From positions 1 to 27,632 of the forward strand of contig CAMZIS010000001.1 in the NCBI GenBank assembly GCA_947307285.1: DNA of 27,632 nt. Reading direction: 5' to 3'. The position numbers were made by a program, and so were the translations under genes. Position 1 is the stretch's first letter, and every line of letters starts with the position of its first letter. Under the pieces are notes generated by a model. That model had not been told where the DNA came from and did no database searches. It saw nothing but the letters and a program-made list of their open reading frames with translations. This DNA comes from an uncultured Peptococcaceae bacterium (lineage in GTDB: Bacteria > Bacillota > Dehalobacteriia > UBA4068). This document shows, piece after piece, positions 1 through 10,582 of this stretch.

Positions 1-327
1 GATATTGCCCGGATTCAGGCGCAGGCCCTGCACGCCGCTGTTTATGGCAGCCAGAGCCAGCCGGTGATCGAAATGGATATCCGCCACCAGCGGCAGGGGG
101 CTTTCTTTCACGATGTCGGCTAAAGCCTCCGCCGCCGTCATATCCGGCACGGCCAGACGGCCGATCTCCGCCCCTGCCGCGGCCAGAGCCCGCAGCTGAG
201 TCAAAGTAGCCGCCACGTCCCGGGTGTCCGTGTTGCACATGGACTGGACGGAGACAGGATTGCCGCCGCCCACCGCCACCGGGCCGATATGCACCGTTCT
301 GGTGATCTTACGTTCGAAACCGTTCAT
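1..327 (-). CDS. ispG: 4-hydroxy-3-methylbut-2-enyl diphosphate synthase IspG/GcpE, N-terminal part (runs off the window)
   Basis: Not in ORF track. Manual translation from ATG at 327: MNGFERKITRTVHIGPVAVGGGNPVSVQSMCNTDT...PLVADIHFDHRLALAAINSGVQGLRLNPGNI, with the IspG motifs VQSM-N, ADIHF and RLNPGNI. ATG abuts the rseP stop (TAAATG). Confidence 0.96.
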   Translation of the reverse strand, partial: MNGFERKITRTVHIGPVAVGGGNPVSVQSMCNTDTRDVAATLTQLRALAAAGAEIGRLAVPDMTAAEALADIVKESPLPLVADIHFDHRLALAAINSGVQGLRLNPGNI

Positions 328-1350
328 TTACAGCTTACCCGCCGCCAGATTGGCGATGTCGTGATAGGTGATGAGCAGCATCAGCCCCAGCAGCAGGATG
401 AGGCCGATGAAATGCACCAGGGCCTCTTTCTTGGGGTCGATGGGCTTGCCCCGCAGTCCCTCGACAGCCAGGAATACCAGACGGCTGCCGTCCAGGGCGG
501 GCAGGGGCAGCAGGTTGACCAGGCCCAGGTTGATGCACAGATAGGCGGCCAGCAGCAGCACGGACTGGATGCCGTAGCTGGCGGCGTCGCCGATGACGGA
601 GACGATGGCCACCGGCCCGCCTACGTCAACCGGCACCGTGCCCCGGAACATGCCCACGATGGCCAATATCAGCTCTTTAGTGAAGACGAAGGTCTGGGTG
701 AAGCCCAGGCCGATGGCACGAGGGAGCTTCTGCTTTTCCTCCGCCGGGTAGATGCCCAGCTTCCAGGAAGATGTTTCTTCGTCGTAATAGGGAGAGATCT
801 CCAGCTCCAGCTGTTCGCCGTCGCGCTCCACCACCATGGTGAAGCTCTCCCCTGCCGGCAGGCTGTTGACCGCGGAGCCGATAGAGTTCCAATCCGCGAT
901 ATCCTGCCCGGCAATGGTAAGGATGCGGTCCCCTTCCTGCAGGGCTTCCGCCGCCGGCGTGTCCGGGATGACAGAGCCCACCAGAGGCTGGCTGGAATAG
1001 GTGCCGATCATCATGAAGATGATGACGAACAGGATGGCCGCGCTGATGAAGTTCATCAGCGGCCCTGCCGCCACGATGGCCATGCGCTGGCCCACCGTTT
1101 TGCGGCAAAAGGCCCGGGGATTATCGCTTTCCTCGTCCTCGCCCACCATCTTGCACCAGCCGCCGATAGGCAGCAGGCGCAGGCAATAGTCGGTCTCCTT
1201 GCCTTTATAGTGCAGCAGACGCGGGCCCATGCCCACGCTGAAATCTTCCACGTAAACGCCGCAGGCCTTGGCCACGATGAAATGGCCGAACTCGTGGGTC
1301 AGCACCAGCACGCAGAAAATAGCCAGGGCGGCAATTATCTTAATCAGCAT
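328..1350 (-). CDS. rseP: RIP zinc metalloprotease RseP/RasP (M50) with one PDZ domain
   Basis: HEFGH zinc motif, PIGG, NLLPLPALDG motif; canonical dxr-rseP-ispG order. Confidence 0.96.
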   Translation of the reverse strand: MLIKIIAALAIFCVLVLTHEFGHFIVAKACGVYVEDFSVGMGPRLLHYKGKETDYCLRLLPIGGWCKMVGEDEESDNPRAFCRKTVGQRMAIVAAGPLMNFISAAILFVIIFMMIGTYSSQPLVGSVIPDTPAAEALQEGDRILTIAGQDIADWNSIGSAVNSLPAGESFTMVVERDGEQLELEISPYYDEETSSWKLGIYPAEEKQKLPRAIGLGFTQTFVFTKELILAIVGMFRGTVPVDVGGPVAIVSVIGDAASYGIQSVLLLAAYLCINLGLVNLLPLPALDGSRLVFLAVEGLRGKPIDPKKEALVHFIGLILLLGLMLLITYHDIANLAAGKL

Positions 1351-2530
1351 ATCGATTCTCCATCAAAGCGGCGGCGTCCGCCCGGCCTCGGGCGTCGGCT
1401 GCCAGCACAGCGTCCAGATCGGCGGCGCGCGCTGTATCCTGCAGCTCGCTCGGAGCCTGTTCCAGCAGGCGGCACAGGGAAGCGCCGATGAACAGATAGG
1501 GTATCCCGTCCCGCAAAAAGGCCTCTACAAGCGCTTCGTTGGCGCCGTTGAGGTAAGCGGGCAGCAAACCGCCTCTTTTGCCCGCGTCGAGCATGGCTGT
1601 GAGGCCGGGGAAGCGGTCTTCGTCCGGCGGCAGGAAATCCAGCCGCCCTGCCTGCAGCAGGTCCAGCCGGGGGCCGGGATTGGGCAGACGCTCCCGCCCC
1701 AGCAGGGCGTAGGCGATGGGCAGACGCATATCCGCCGGGCCTAATTGCGCCTTGACGCTGCCGTCCCGGAAGCAGACCAGGGAATGGACCAGGCTTTGCG
1801 GGTGGATCGCTACTTTTATATCCTCGTAGTCCACGCCGAACAGCCAGTGGGCTTCTATGACCTCCAGCCCTTTATTGACCAGGGTGGCGCAGTCCACCGT
1901 GATCTTGCGGCCCATCTGCCAGTTGGGATGACGCAGTGCGTCCGCAGCCGTTACTTTTGCAAGCTCCGCCCGGGAGAGCTCCCGGAAAGCGCCGCCGCTG
2001 CAGGTGATGATCAGCTGTTCCACCGCTGCCGGGTCCTCCCCGGCCAAACATTGCCAGACGGCGGAGTGCTCGCTGTCCACGGGCCTGAGCTCCACGCCTC
2101 GCTCCCGGCAGCGTGCCGTGACAAGCTGACCGGAAGCCACCAACGCTTCTTTATTGGCCAGGGCGATGGTCTTCCCGCTGTCGATGGCGGCCAGCAGGGG
2201 CTTCAATCCGGCCAGGCCGGACATGGCGGCCAGAGCGGTATCCGCCGCGCCCACAGCCGCTGCGGCCAGCAGGCCTTCGTCTCCGGCCAGCACCTGTATG
2301 GGCAGGCCTCTCAGCTCTTCGCATAAGGATGGGTAGACCGCTTCGTCCGCCACGGCCACCAGGACCGGGCGGTACTTTTTCGCCTGTTCCGCCAGCAGGC
2401 GCCAGTTATCGTGGGCGGCCAGGGCCCGCACGCGCAGGCGTTCGGCATGCCAGTCCGCCACTTCCAGGGCCTGCCGGCCGATGGAGCCGGTGGAGCCCAG
2501 TATGGTCAGGTTTATCATAGGGCAACTCAT
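1340..2530 (-). CDS. dxr: 1-deoxy-D-xylulose 5-phosphate reductoisomerase
   Basis: ILGSTGSIG, LANKE, PVDSEH, HPNWQMGRKIT, NKGLE and HPQS motifs. Start is 2530 (abuts cdsA stop) or 2518. Confidence 0.97.
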   Translation of the reverse strand: MSCPMINLTILGSTGSIGRQALEVADWHAERLRVRALAAHDNWRLLAEQAKKYRPVLVAVADEAVYPSLCEELRGLPIQVLAGDEGLLAAAAVGAADTALAAMSGLAGLKPLLAAIDSGKTIALANKEALVASGQLVTARCRERGVELRPVDSEHSAVWQCLAGEDPAAVEQLIITCSGGAFRELSRAELAKVTAADALRHPNWQMGRKITVDCATLVNKGLEVIEAHWLFGVDYEDIKVAIHPQSLVHSLVCFRDGSVKAQLGPADMRLPIAYALLGRERLPNPGPRLDLLQAGRLDFLPPDEDRFPGLTAMLDAGKRGGLLPAYLNGANEALVEAFLRDGIPYLFIGASLCRLLEQAPSELQDTARAADLDAVLAADARGRADAAALMENRYAD

Positions 2531-3178
2531 TTATTCTATGTATGCCGGCCTCTTATACGAACAGCCGGCCCAGGAAAACATGAACATGGAGGCCAACAGC
2601 AGAGAATCGAAGCGGTCCAGGATGCCGCCGTGACCGGGCAGCAGATTGCCGCTGTCCTTGACCCCGGCCAGCCGCTTTACCTTGGATTCCACCAGATCGC
2701 CGATCTGCCCCACGCCCGAGATGAACAGGCTGACGATGAAGGCGGCGAACCAGCCGGCGTCGGTGGTTATGAGGGCGGCGATCATGCCCAGGATAGAGCC
2801 AACGACGAGGCCGGCCACGGCGCCTTCCCAGGTCTTGTGGGGGCTGATCTCAGGAGCCAGCTTGTGCTTGCCCCAGCGACGGCCGATCTCGTAGGCAGCC
2901 GTGTCGGTGCTCCAGATCACGGTCAGCAGCCAGGCCATGGCGCCCACCTGCCGCACGCCGAAGAAAGCGAGGAAGCCCAGGACTATATAGGCCGCGCCGC
3001 CGATGAGCCAGCGCAGGTCCTGCTGACGTTCCATGCCGATCAAAAGCTTCCAGTATTCGTAGAGGCCGATCAGAGCGAGGACGATGACCAGTCCTCCCAG
3101 CCACCAGCCGTTGAGCCAGAGGAAGAGGAAAAGCAGAGGTATGGCGATAGCAGCGGTGATGACGCGTTGTTTAAGCAT
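2531..3178 (-). CDS. cdsA: Phosphatidate cytidylyltransferase (compact, 215 aa)
   Basis: WSTDTAAY, SPHKTWEG, GDLVESKVKRLAGVKDSGNLLPGHGGILDRFDS signature; SD AAGGAG. Confidence 0.96.
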   Translation of the reverse strand: MLKQRVITAAIAIPLLFLFLWLNGWWLGGLVIVLALIGLYEYWKLLIGMERQQDLRWLIGGAAYIVLGFLAFFGVRQVGAMAWLLTVIWSTDTAAYEIGRRWGKHKLAPEISPHKTWEGAVAGLVVGSILGMIAALITTDAGWFAAFIVSLFISGVGQIGDLVESKVKRLAGVKDSGNLLPGHGGILDRFDSLLLASMFMFSWAGCSYKRPAYIE

Positions 3179-3200
3179 AGGCTCTCCTTTTCTTACGCTG

Positions 3201-3944
3201 TTATTTCTTATCGTCGGGCCGTCCGCCGAAACGGCGGCTGCGGCTCTGATATTCGATGACGGCCTCCAGCAGGTCGCGCTTGCCGAAATCGGGCCACAGC
3301 TTATCCATGAACACGAATTCGCAGTAGGCAGCCTGCCAGAGCAGGAAATTGCTGAGACGCAGCTCGCCGGAGGGCCGGATCAGCAGGTCCAGCTCCGGCA
3401 GGCCGGCGGTGTCCAGACGGTCGCTGAAGGTCTGCTCGGTGATGGCGTCCGCGGTCAGGCCTTCCCGGACCAGTGCCCGGGCCGCCCGCACGATCTCGTC
3501 CCGGCCGCCGTAGTTGACCGCCAGATTCAGCACCATGTCGGTATTCCCCGCCGTATCGGCCATAGCCCGCTCCAGCGTGCGCCGCACCTTGTCGGGCAGG
3601 CCCTCCCGGTTGCCGATGAAGCCGTAGCGGATGCCGTTAGCCTGCATGGTGCTCATTTCGCCGTAGAGCTTCTCCACGAACAGCTCCATCAGGAAACCTA
3701 CTTCCTCCCGGCTGCGCTTCCAGTTTTCCGTGGAAAAGGCGTACACGGTGAGGCAGGGCACGCCAAGCTCGCGGCAGATCTCAGCCAGCCGCCGCACCGC
3801 CTCCACCCCGGCCTTGTGACCGGCGGTGCGAGGCAAATCATGCCGGGCGGCCCAGCGGCCGTTGCCGTCCAGGATGACGGCGATATGCTGCGGCAGGCGC
3901 TGTTTGTCGATGCGGGCCAGCAGGTCCGCGTATTCTTCTTTCAT
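3201..3944 (-). CDS. uppS: Undecaprenyl diphosphate synthase (cis-prenyltransferase)
   Basis: PQHIAVILDGNGRW, YAFSTENWKR, NYGGR, RPSGELRLSNFLLWQ. Start moved from 3971 to ATG 3944 (GGAG SD). Confidence 0.96.
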   Translation of the reverse strand: MKEEYADLLARIDKQRLPQHIAVILDGNGRWAARHDLPRTAGHKAGVEAVRRLAEICRELGVPCLTVYAFSTENWKRSREEVGFLMELFVEKLYGEMSTMQANGIRYGFIGNREGLPDKVRRTLERAMADTAGNTDMVLNLAVNYGGRDEIVRAARALVREGLTADAITEQTFSDRLDTAGLPELDLLIRPSGELRLSNFLLWQAAYCEFVFMDKLWPDFGKRDLLEAVIEYQSRSRRFGGRPDDKK

Positions 3945-3976
3945 GATGGGCTCCGTCTGATAGTTTACCACCTTTT

Positions 3977-4004
3977 ATTATCTCATAATTGCCTGAAAAG
4001 TCAA
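3977..4004 (-). promoter_or_regulatory. Putative sigma-A promoter for uppS-cdsA-dxr-rseP-ispG
   Basis: TTGACT-16 nt-GATAAT with TG extension, just downstream of the ferredoxin terminator. Confidence 0.55.
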
Positions 4005-4030
4005 CGCAAGGTTCCGGCCTTGGAGGCATG

Positions 4031-4060
4031 AAAAAAAGCCCCTCCTTGAGAGGGGCTTTT
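4031..4060 (-). terminator. Intrinsic terminator after ferredoxin (possibly bidirectional)
   Basis: aaaagcccct-ccttgag-aggggctttt hairpin with an A7 run giving a U tract on the minus strand. Confidence 0.88.
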
Positions 4061-4081
4061 ATGTTTGTTACATTGGATCAA

Positions 4082-4249
4082 TTACTTCTCGACAATAGCT
4101 CCGGCGGGGCAGTTATCGATGCAAGCGCCGCACTGCAGGCACTCGTCCTGATCGATCTTGTAGATGTCGCCTTCCTTGATGGCGCCGGCGGGGCATTCAC
4201 CCGCGCAAGTACCACAACCCAGGCAATCCTCAGTGATAACGTAGGCCAT
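4082..4249 (-). CDS. fdx: Clostridial-type 2[4Fe-4S] ferredoxin, 55 aa
   Basis: Not in ORF track. MAYVITEDCLGCGTCAGECPAGAIKEGDIYKIDQDECLQCGACIDNCPAGAIVEK has two CxxCxxCxxxCP motifs; strong SD AGGAGGTG. Confidence 0.97.
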   Translation of the reverse strand: MAYVITEDCLGCGTCAGECPAGAIKEGDIYKIDQDECLQCGACIDNCPAGAIVEK

Positions 4250-4321
4250 TCCTTACACCTCCTTAAAGGATTTGCTTTATATTCACTCGCATTGTCAACG
4301 GGACAACGCTGAGTAAATTCG

Positions 4322-4885
4322 CTATACTTCCATGATTTCCTTCTCTTTTTGCGCTAAAACTTCTTCCAGGCGCTTGATCGCCTTGTCAGTGAGCTTTTGC
4401 GCGTCGTCCAGAGCCTTCTTTGATTCGTCCTCCGAACATTCCTTGGCCTTTTCCAAAGCCTTGATGTCGTCGTTGAGGCCGCGGCGGATATTGCGCACCG
4501 CCACCTTGGCGTCTTCCGCCTTTTTGGAGCACTGCTTCACGATCTCCTTGCGCCGTTCCTCGGTCAGGGTGGGTACGGTCAGCCGCACCACGGTGCCGTC
4601 GCTGCTGGGGGTGATGCCCAGGTCGGATTTGAGGATGCCCTTTTCGATGGCGCCGATCTGGTTGCGGTCCCAGGGCTGGATGACGATGAGACGGGGCTCG
4701 GGGCAGGAGATATTGGCGGTCTGGTTGACGGGAGTGGGCGTGCCGTAATAATCCACCATGACTTTATCCAGCATGGCCGGAGTGGCGCGGCCCGCGCGCA
4801 TGGAGGAAAAATCGGAAGCGAGAATCTTTTCCACTTTTTCCATACGCTCTGCGGCGTCGTCCAGCAGTTCTTTTAACATAGACAT
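4322..4885 (-). CDS. frr: Ribosome recycling factor
   Basis: RAGRA, VDYYGTPTP, IQPWD, LTEERR, VRNIRR; SD GGAGGTG. Confidence 0.97.
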   Translation of the reverse strand: MSMLKELLDDAAERMEKVEKILASDFSSMRAGRATPAMLDKVMVDYYGTPTPVNQTANISCPEPRLIVIQPWDRNQIGAIEKGILKSDLGITPSSDGTVVRLTVPTLTEERRKEIVKQCSKKAEDAKVAVRNIRRGLNDDIKALEKAKECSEDESKKALDDAQKLTDKAIKRLEEVLAQKEKEIMEV

Positions 4886-4886
4886 A

Positions 4887-5603
4887 TCACACCTCCACAG
4901 TTGTTCCGATGTCTTCGCCCATTACGGCTTTCATCATGTTTCCGGGCTGGTCTATTTTGAACACTACGATCGGGATACGGTTGTCGCGGCACATGGCGGC
5001 GGCGGTAAGGTCCATGACCCGCAGCTGCTGCTGGACCACGTCCAGCATGGACAGGCGCGGGATGCGGCGGGCGGTCGGGTCGGTCTTCGGGTCGGCGGTA
5101 TAGACGCCGTCCACTTTTTTAGCCATGAGGATGACGTCGGCCCTGATCTCCGCCGCGCGGAGAGCAGCCGCGGTGTCGGTGGAGAAAAAGGGATGCCCCG
5201 TGCCGCCGGCAAAGATGACCACGCCGCCTTTTTCCAGAAAGTCGATGCTGCGGCGCAGGTCGAAGCCGGGAGCCGCCGGCTCCATGGGGATGGCCGATTC
5301 CACCCGGCAGGGCACGCCCTGCTCTTCGATGGCGGAGCGCAGGTAGAGCCCGTTCATCACCGTGGCCAGCATGCCCATGTTGTCCGCGGTGCAGCGGTCC
5401 ATGACGCTCTTTTCCGCCGCAGGCAGGCCCCGCCAGACGTTGCCTCCGCCCACCACCAGGCCCAGCTGCACGCCGCAGCGGCTGATCTCCGCCACCTGGG
5501 CGGCGATGCTGTTGATGGTGGCCTGGTCAAAGCCGTAGCCGGCCTCTCCGGCCAGGGATTCGCCGGAGATCTTCAGCAGGCATCTTTTGTATTTTGCATC
5601 CAT
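4887..5603 (-). CDS. pyrH: UMP kinase
   Basis: KRCLLKISGE, GGGN, GMLATVMN, GTGHPFFSTD, DGVYTADP. Start set at ATG 5603 with GGAGGAG SD. Confidence 0.97.
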   Translation of the reverse strand: MDAKYKRCLLKISGESLAGEAGYGFDQATINSIAAQVAEISRCGVQLGLVVGGGNVWRGLPAAEKSVMDRCTADNMGMLATVMNGLYLRSAIEEQGVPCRVESAIPMEPAAPGFDLRRSIDFLEKGGVVIFAGGTGHPFFSTDTAAALRAAEIRADVILMAKKVDGVYTADPKTDPTARRIPRLSMLDVVQQQLRVMDLTAAAMCRDNRIPIVVFKIDQPGNMMKAVMGEDIGTTVEV

Positions 5604-5623
5604 GGGAGCTCCTCCCTCAGAGG

Positions 5624-5652
5624 AAAGAAAAGGGGGCGGCGCTGCCACCCCC
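5624..5652 (-). terminator. Intrinsic terminator-like hairpin between tsf and pyrH
   Basis: Minus strand GGGGGTGGC-AGC-GCCGCCCCC followed by TTTTCTTT. Confidence 0.75.
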
Positions 5653-5664
5653 AAGACAGCGGAC

Positions 5665-6600
5665 TTATTTGCCGGCGTTCATTTTGGCGACTTCGGCAGC
5701 CAGGTCGTCCTGCTTCTTTTCGATGCCCTCGCCGACTTCGAAGCGGGCGAAGTCCTTGACCTTGATGTCCTTGCCCAGAGCCTTGGCGACGGAGGCCACG
5801 TACTGCTTGACGGAGAGCTCGCCGTCCTTGACGAAGCTCTGTTCCATCAGGCAGACTTCCTTCAGTTCCTTGTTCAGACGGCCCATGACCATCTTTTCCA
5901 CGATGGCTTCCGGCTTGGGCTTTTCCAGCTCGGCGTTTTCATTCAGGGCCTGCTGCAGCAGGATATGCTTTTCTTTTTCCAGATAGTCCTCGTCCACGTT
6001 GTCCTTGGAGACGAAACGGGGGTTCATGGACGCAATCTGCATGGCAACGTTGCGGCCGACCTCGCTGACCTCGGCGGCAGAGGCCTCGGTCTCCAGTTCG
6101 ACCAGGACGCCGATCTTGCCGTTGCCGTGGATATAGTAGGCGCATACGCAGCCGGGATCGTTGAATTTGACAAAGCGGCGCAGGCTCATGTTCTCGCCGA
6201 TCTTGGCGATCTTGGCGGTGATCAGGTCGCCCAGCTTGCCTTCTTTGGTCTCGGCGCCGAGCAGAGCTTCCACGTCGGCGTAGTCGCCGTTCAAAGCAGC
6301 CTCGGCCGCGGTCTCGACCAGTTCCACGAATTCGGGGTTCTTGGCCACGAAGTCGGTCTCGGAGTTGACTTCCGCCATGGCGGCGGCGCCGCATTCTTCG
6401 CAGAACGCCACGGCCACCAGACCTTCGGCGGCGATGCGGCCGGCCTTCTTGGCGGCGGCGGCCAGGCCCTTTTCACGCAGGATGTCCACGGCGCGATCGG
6501 CGTCGCCTTCCGCTTCCTTCAGGGCCTTTTTGCAGTCCATCATGCCCGCGCCGGTGCGTTCGCGCAGGGCCATTACGTCTTTAGCAGTGAATTCAGCCAT
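5665..6600 (-). CDS. tsf: Elongation factor Ts
   Basis: LRERTGAGMMDCKKAL, EVNSETDFVA, KIGENM, RFEVGEG. Confidence 0.98.
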   Translation of the reverse strand: MAEFTAKDVMALRERTGAGMMDCKKALKEAEGDADRAVDILREKGLAAAAKKAGRIAAEGLVAVAFCEECGAAAMAEVNSETDFVAKNPEFVELVETAAEAALNGDYADVEALLGAETKEGKLGDLITAKIAKIGENMSLRRFVKFNDPGCVCAYYIHGNGKIGVLVELETEASAAEVSEVGRNVAMQIASMNPRFVSKDNVDEDYLEKEKHILLQQALNENAELEKPKPEAIVEKMVMGRLNKELKEVCLMEQSFVKDGELSVKQYVASVAKALGKDIKVKDFARFEVGEGIEKKQDDLAAEVAKMNAGK

Positions 6601-6623
6601 TTTATTTGTGATCCTCCAGATTA

Positions 6624-7403
6624 TTAATTTTCAACGGCTACGGCTTCAGCAGCGGGTGCGGCTTCGCCGGCGGCGGCGTCCACAGCGGCCTGCTCAGCGG
6701 CGGCGGCAGCGGCGGCGTCAGCGCCCTGACGGCCTTCGATGACGGCGTCGGCCATCTTGGATGCCAGCAGCTTGACGGCACGGATGGCGTCGTCGTTGCC
6801 GGGGATCACGTAATCGATCTCATCGGGGTCGCAGTTGGTGTCGACGATGGCGACGATGGGGATATGCAGCAGACGGGCTTCCGCCACGGCGATGCGTTCC
6901 TTGCGCGGGTCTACCACGAACAGAGCGCCGGGGAGCTTGGCCATGTCCTTGATGCCGCCCAGGAAGCGGTCGAGTTTTTCCTTCTTGCCCTTGAGCTGGG
7001 CCACTTCCTTTTTGGGGAGCAGGTCCATGGTGCCGTCGGCTTCCATTCTTTCCAGCTTGCGCAGGTATTCGATACGGCTGGAGATGGTCTTGAAGTTGGT
7101 CAGCATGCCGCCCAGCCAACGTTCGTTGACGTAGTACATGCCGCAGCGCTCGGCTTCTTCCTTGATGGAGTCCTGAGCCTGCTTTTTGGTGCCCACGAAC
7201 AGCAGGGTCTTGCCCTGAGCGGACAGATCCTTGACGAAGTTATAAGCCTCGTCCACCTTGTGCACGGTCTTCTGCAGGTCGATGATATAGATGCCGTTGC
7301 GCTCGGTGAAGATGTACTTGGCCATCTTCGGGTTCCAGCGACGGGTCTGGTGTCCGAAATGGACGCCCGCTTCCAGAAGCTGCTTCATAGAGATAACTGC
7401 CAT
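6624..7403 (-). CDS. rpsB: 30S ribosomal protein S2
   Basis: [38 protein letters not shown]. Start at ATG 7403 with AAGGAGG SD; Ala-rich C-terminal tail. Confidence 0.98.
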   Translation of the reverse strand: MAVISMKQLLEAGVHFGHQTRRWNPKMAKYIFTERNGIYIIDLQKTVHKVDEAYNFVKDLSAQGKTLLFVGTKKQAQDSIKEEAERCGMYYVNERWLGGMLTNFKTISSRIEYLRKLERMEADGTMDLLPKKEVAQLKGKKEKLDRFLGGIKDMAKLPGALFVVDPRKERIAVAEARLLHIPIVAIVDTNCDPDEIDYVIPGNDDAIRAVKLLASKMADAVIEGRQGADAAAAAAAEQAAVDAAAGEAAPAAEAVAVEN

Positions 7404-7510
7404 TGATACTTCCTCCTTGGTTTTTGTTTTTAATACCCTCCGCTGTTTCCAGGTCCGCTCACCGTAAAACGGCAACGAACGGACGATCCGCAGCGTGCGT
7501 ATTTTGAACC
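7404..7510 (-). ncRNA. rpsB 5' leader (t44-like S2 autoregulatory RNA)
   Basis: About 105-nt leader between promoter and rpsB with ACGCACGCTG...CAGCGGAGG ends that can pair, resembling the ACACACGC/GGAGG features of rpsB leaders. Recognised by eye, not by covariance model. Confidence 0.6.
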
Positions 7511-7517
7511 ATCGAAT

Positions 7518-7546
7518 ATCATATCAGAACGGACCGTATAATGCAA
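7518..7546 (-). promoter_or_regulatory. Sigma-A promoter of rpsB-tsf
   Basis: TTGCAT-17 nt-TATGAT with TG extension and an A-rich upstream tract (AAATAAAAAAT). Confidence 0.8.
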
Positions 7547-7587
7547 GAAGATTTTTTATTTACCGATCCGTTCCCGTAAAAAGCTCC

Positions 7588-9048
<1,461 letters not shown>

Positions 9049-9074
9049 GTTTTTCTCCTGTCGCATCAGGCTGC

Positions 9075-9611
9075 TCACAGCTCCAGCACGGTGATGTTGT
9101 GGTTGGTATATACGCAGATGTCGGCGGCGATATGCAGGGCCTTTTCCGCTATCTCCGCGGCGGTGAGGTCGTTTTCGGTCTGCATCATGGCCCGGGCCGC
9201 GGCCAGGGCGTAATTGCCGCCGCTGCCGATGGCCGCGATGTCGTCGTCCGGCTCGATCACTTCGCCGTTGCCGGAGATGATGAGCATCTTTTCGCTGTCC
9301 GCCACGATGAGCAGGGCTTCCAGATTGCGCAGATATTTGTCGGTGCGCCATTCCTTGGCCAGGCCCACGGCGGCCTTTTCCAGATTGCCCCGGTATTCTT
9401 CCAGCCGGGCTTCGAATTTTTCGCACAGGGTAAAGGCGTCCGCCACGCTGCCGGCGAAACCGGCGGCCACTTTATTGTGGTAAAGACGGCGCACCTTTTT
9501 GGCGCCGGCTTTCATGATGGTGTGTTCGCCCATGGTCACCTGGCCGTCGCCGGCGATGGCGGTCTGTCCGTTTTTGCGGATGCCTACGATGGTAGTGCCT
9601 CTGATCTCCAT
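9075..9611 (-). CDS. hslV: ATP-dependent protease peptidase subunit HslV/ClpQ
   Basis: MEIRG-TTIV (catalytic Thr after propeptide), [28 protein letters not shown]. Confidence 0.97.
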   Translation of the reverse strand: MEIRGTTIVGIRKNGQTAIAGDGQVTMGEHTIMKAGAKKVRRLYHNKVAAGFAGSVADAFTLCEKFEARLEEYRGNLEKAAVGLAKEWRTDKYLRNLEALLIVADSEKMLIISGNGEVIEPDDDIAAIGSGGNYALAAARAMMQTENDLTAAEIAEKALHIAADICVYTNHNITVLEL

Positions 9612-10574
9612 TTATTTGCTCCTTTCGTCTTCCCCGTCCGCATCTTCCGCGTAGACCCCGCGGCGGGTGGCCCGGGGATGGGTGCGATCGTACACGGCGC
9701 GCAGTCTGGCGCTGCTGACGTGGGTATAGATCTGGGTGGTAGTGACGCTGGCGTGACCCAGCAGCTCCTGCACGGCGCGGATGTCGGCGCCGTTGTCCAG
9801 CAGGTGGGTGGCGAAGCTGTGGCGCAGGCCGTGAGGGCTGATGTCTTTCATCAGGCCGGCCTGCCGGGCGTACTTGGCCACGATGTTCTGATAAGAGCGT
9901 GCGGTAAGCCGTCCGCCACGCTGGTTGAGGAAGAGAGGCGCCTCTGCGTCGGATGGTATGCCCTGCTCCGAGCGGGCCTTGAGATAGGCTTTCAGCGCTT
10001 TGTTGGCTTCACCGCCCACCGGCTCTTTGCGCAGGCGGGAACCCTTGCCCAGCACGGTCACGTAACCATAGCGGAAGTCGATATCGCCCACGTTGAGGGC
10101 CGCGGCCTCGGCCTCCCGCAGGCCGGAGCCGTAGATCAGCTCCAGAATGGCCCGGTCCCTGAGACCGGCCAGAGTGGAGGTATCCGGCGCTTCCACCAGA
10201 CGGCGGGCCTCCTCCTGATAGAGGAAACGGGGCAGCTTTTTGTCCTGCCGCGGCATGTTCAGGCTGTGGGCCGGGCTGCTTTCCATGGCCCCTTCCCGCA
10301 CCAGAAAATAAAAGAAGGTGCGCAGGGCGGACAGGGCCAGCTGGATGGAGGCGCGGCTGAGCTTCTTCATCCGGCGCAGATAGCCGGTATAGCTGCGCAG
10401 TCCTGCTTCATCCAGATCGGCGGGGGTCAGGGCGTCTACGTCCGGTCTGTCTTTCAGATCGCAGACGAACCCCAGGTATTCCCTGATCTCCCTGGTGTAA
10501 GTGGAAACCGTCAGCGGAGAATCGTTGTTCTCCACCTCCAGAAAATCGATGAATTTGCTCAGATACTCGTTCAT
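9612..10574 (-). CDS. xerC: Tyrosine recombinase XerC/CodV family (housekeeping)
   Basis: GLR...E, GKG, HGLRHSFATHLL, LLGH...TTQIY catalytic set; conserved trmFO-xerC-hslVU context. Confidence 0.9.
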   Translation of the reverse strand: MNEYLSKFIDFLEVENNDSPLTVSTYTREIREYLGFVCDLKDRPDVDALTPADLDEAGLRSYTGYLRRMKKLSRASIQLALSALRTFFYFLVREGAMESSPAHSLNMPRQDKKLPRFLYQEEARRLVEAPDTSTLAGLRDRAILELIYGSGLREAEAAALNVGDIDFRYGYVTVLGKGSRLRKEPVGGEANKALKAYLKARSEQGIPSDAEAPLFLNQRGGRLTARSYQNIVAKYARQAGLMKDISPHGLRHSFATHLLDNGADIRAVQELLGHASVTTTQIYTHVSSARLRAVYDRTHPRATRRGVYAEDADGEDERSK

Positions 10575-10582
10575 TAGGCAGC

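Noticed and set aside
2531-2575. GTATA...CATACATAGAAT at the cdsA 3' end resembling a sigma-E/G promoter
   Set aside because: Spacing does not fit either consensus.
9049-9426. 126-aa N-terminal extension of HslU in the ORF track
   Set aside because: It is an alternate frame of hslV; a good SD (AGGAG) precedes ATG 9048.
9612-10574. Tyrosine recombinase as a possible prophage/ICE integrase acting on the spoIIIAE repeat
   Set aside because: It lies in the conserved trmFO-xerC-hslVU operon with host-like codon usage and no mobile cargo. Nothing links it to the repeat 16 kb away.
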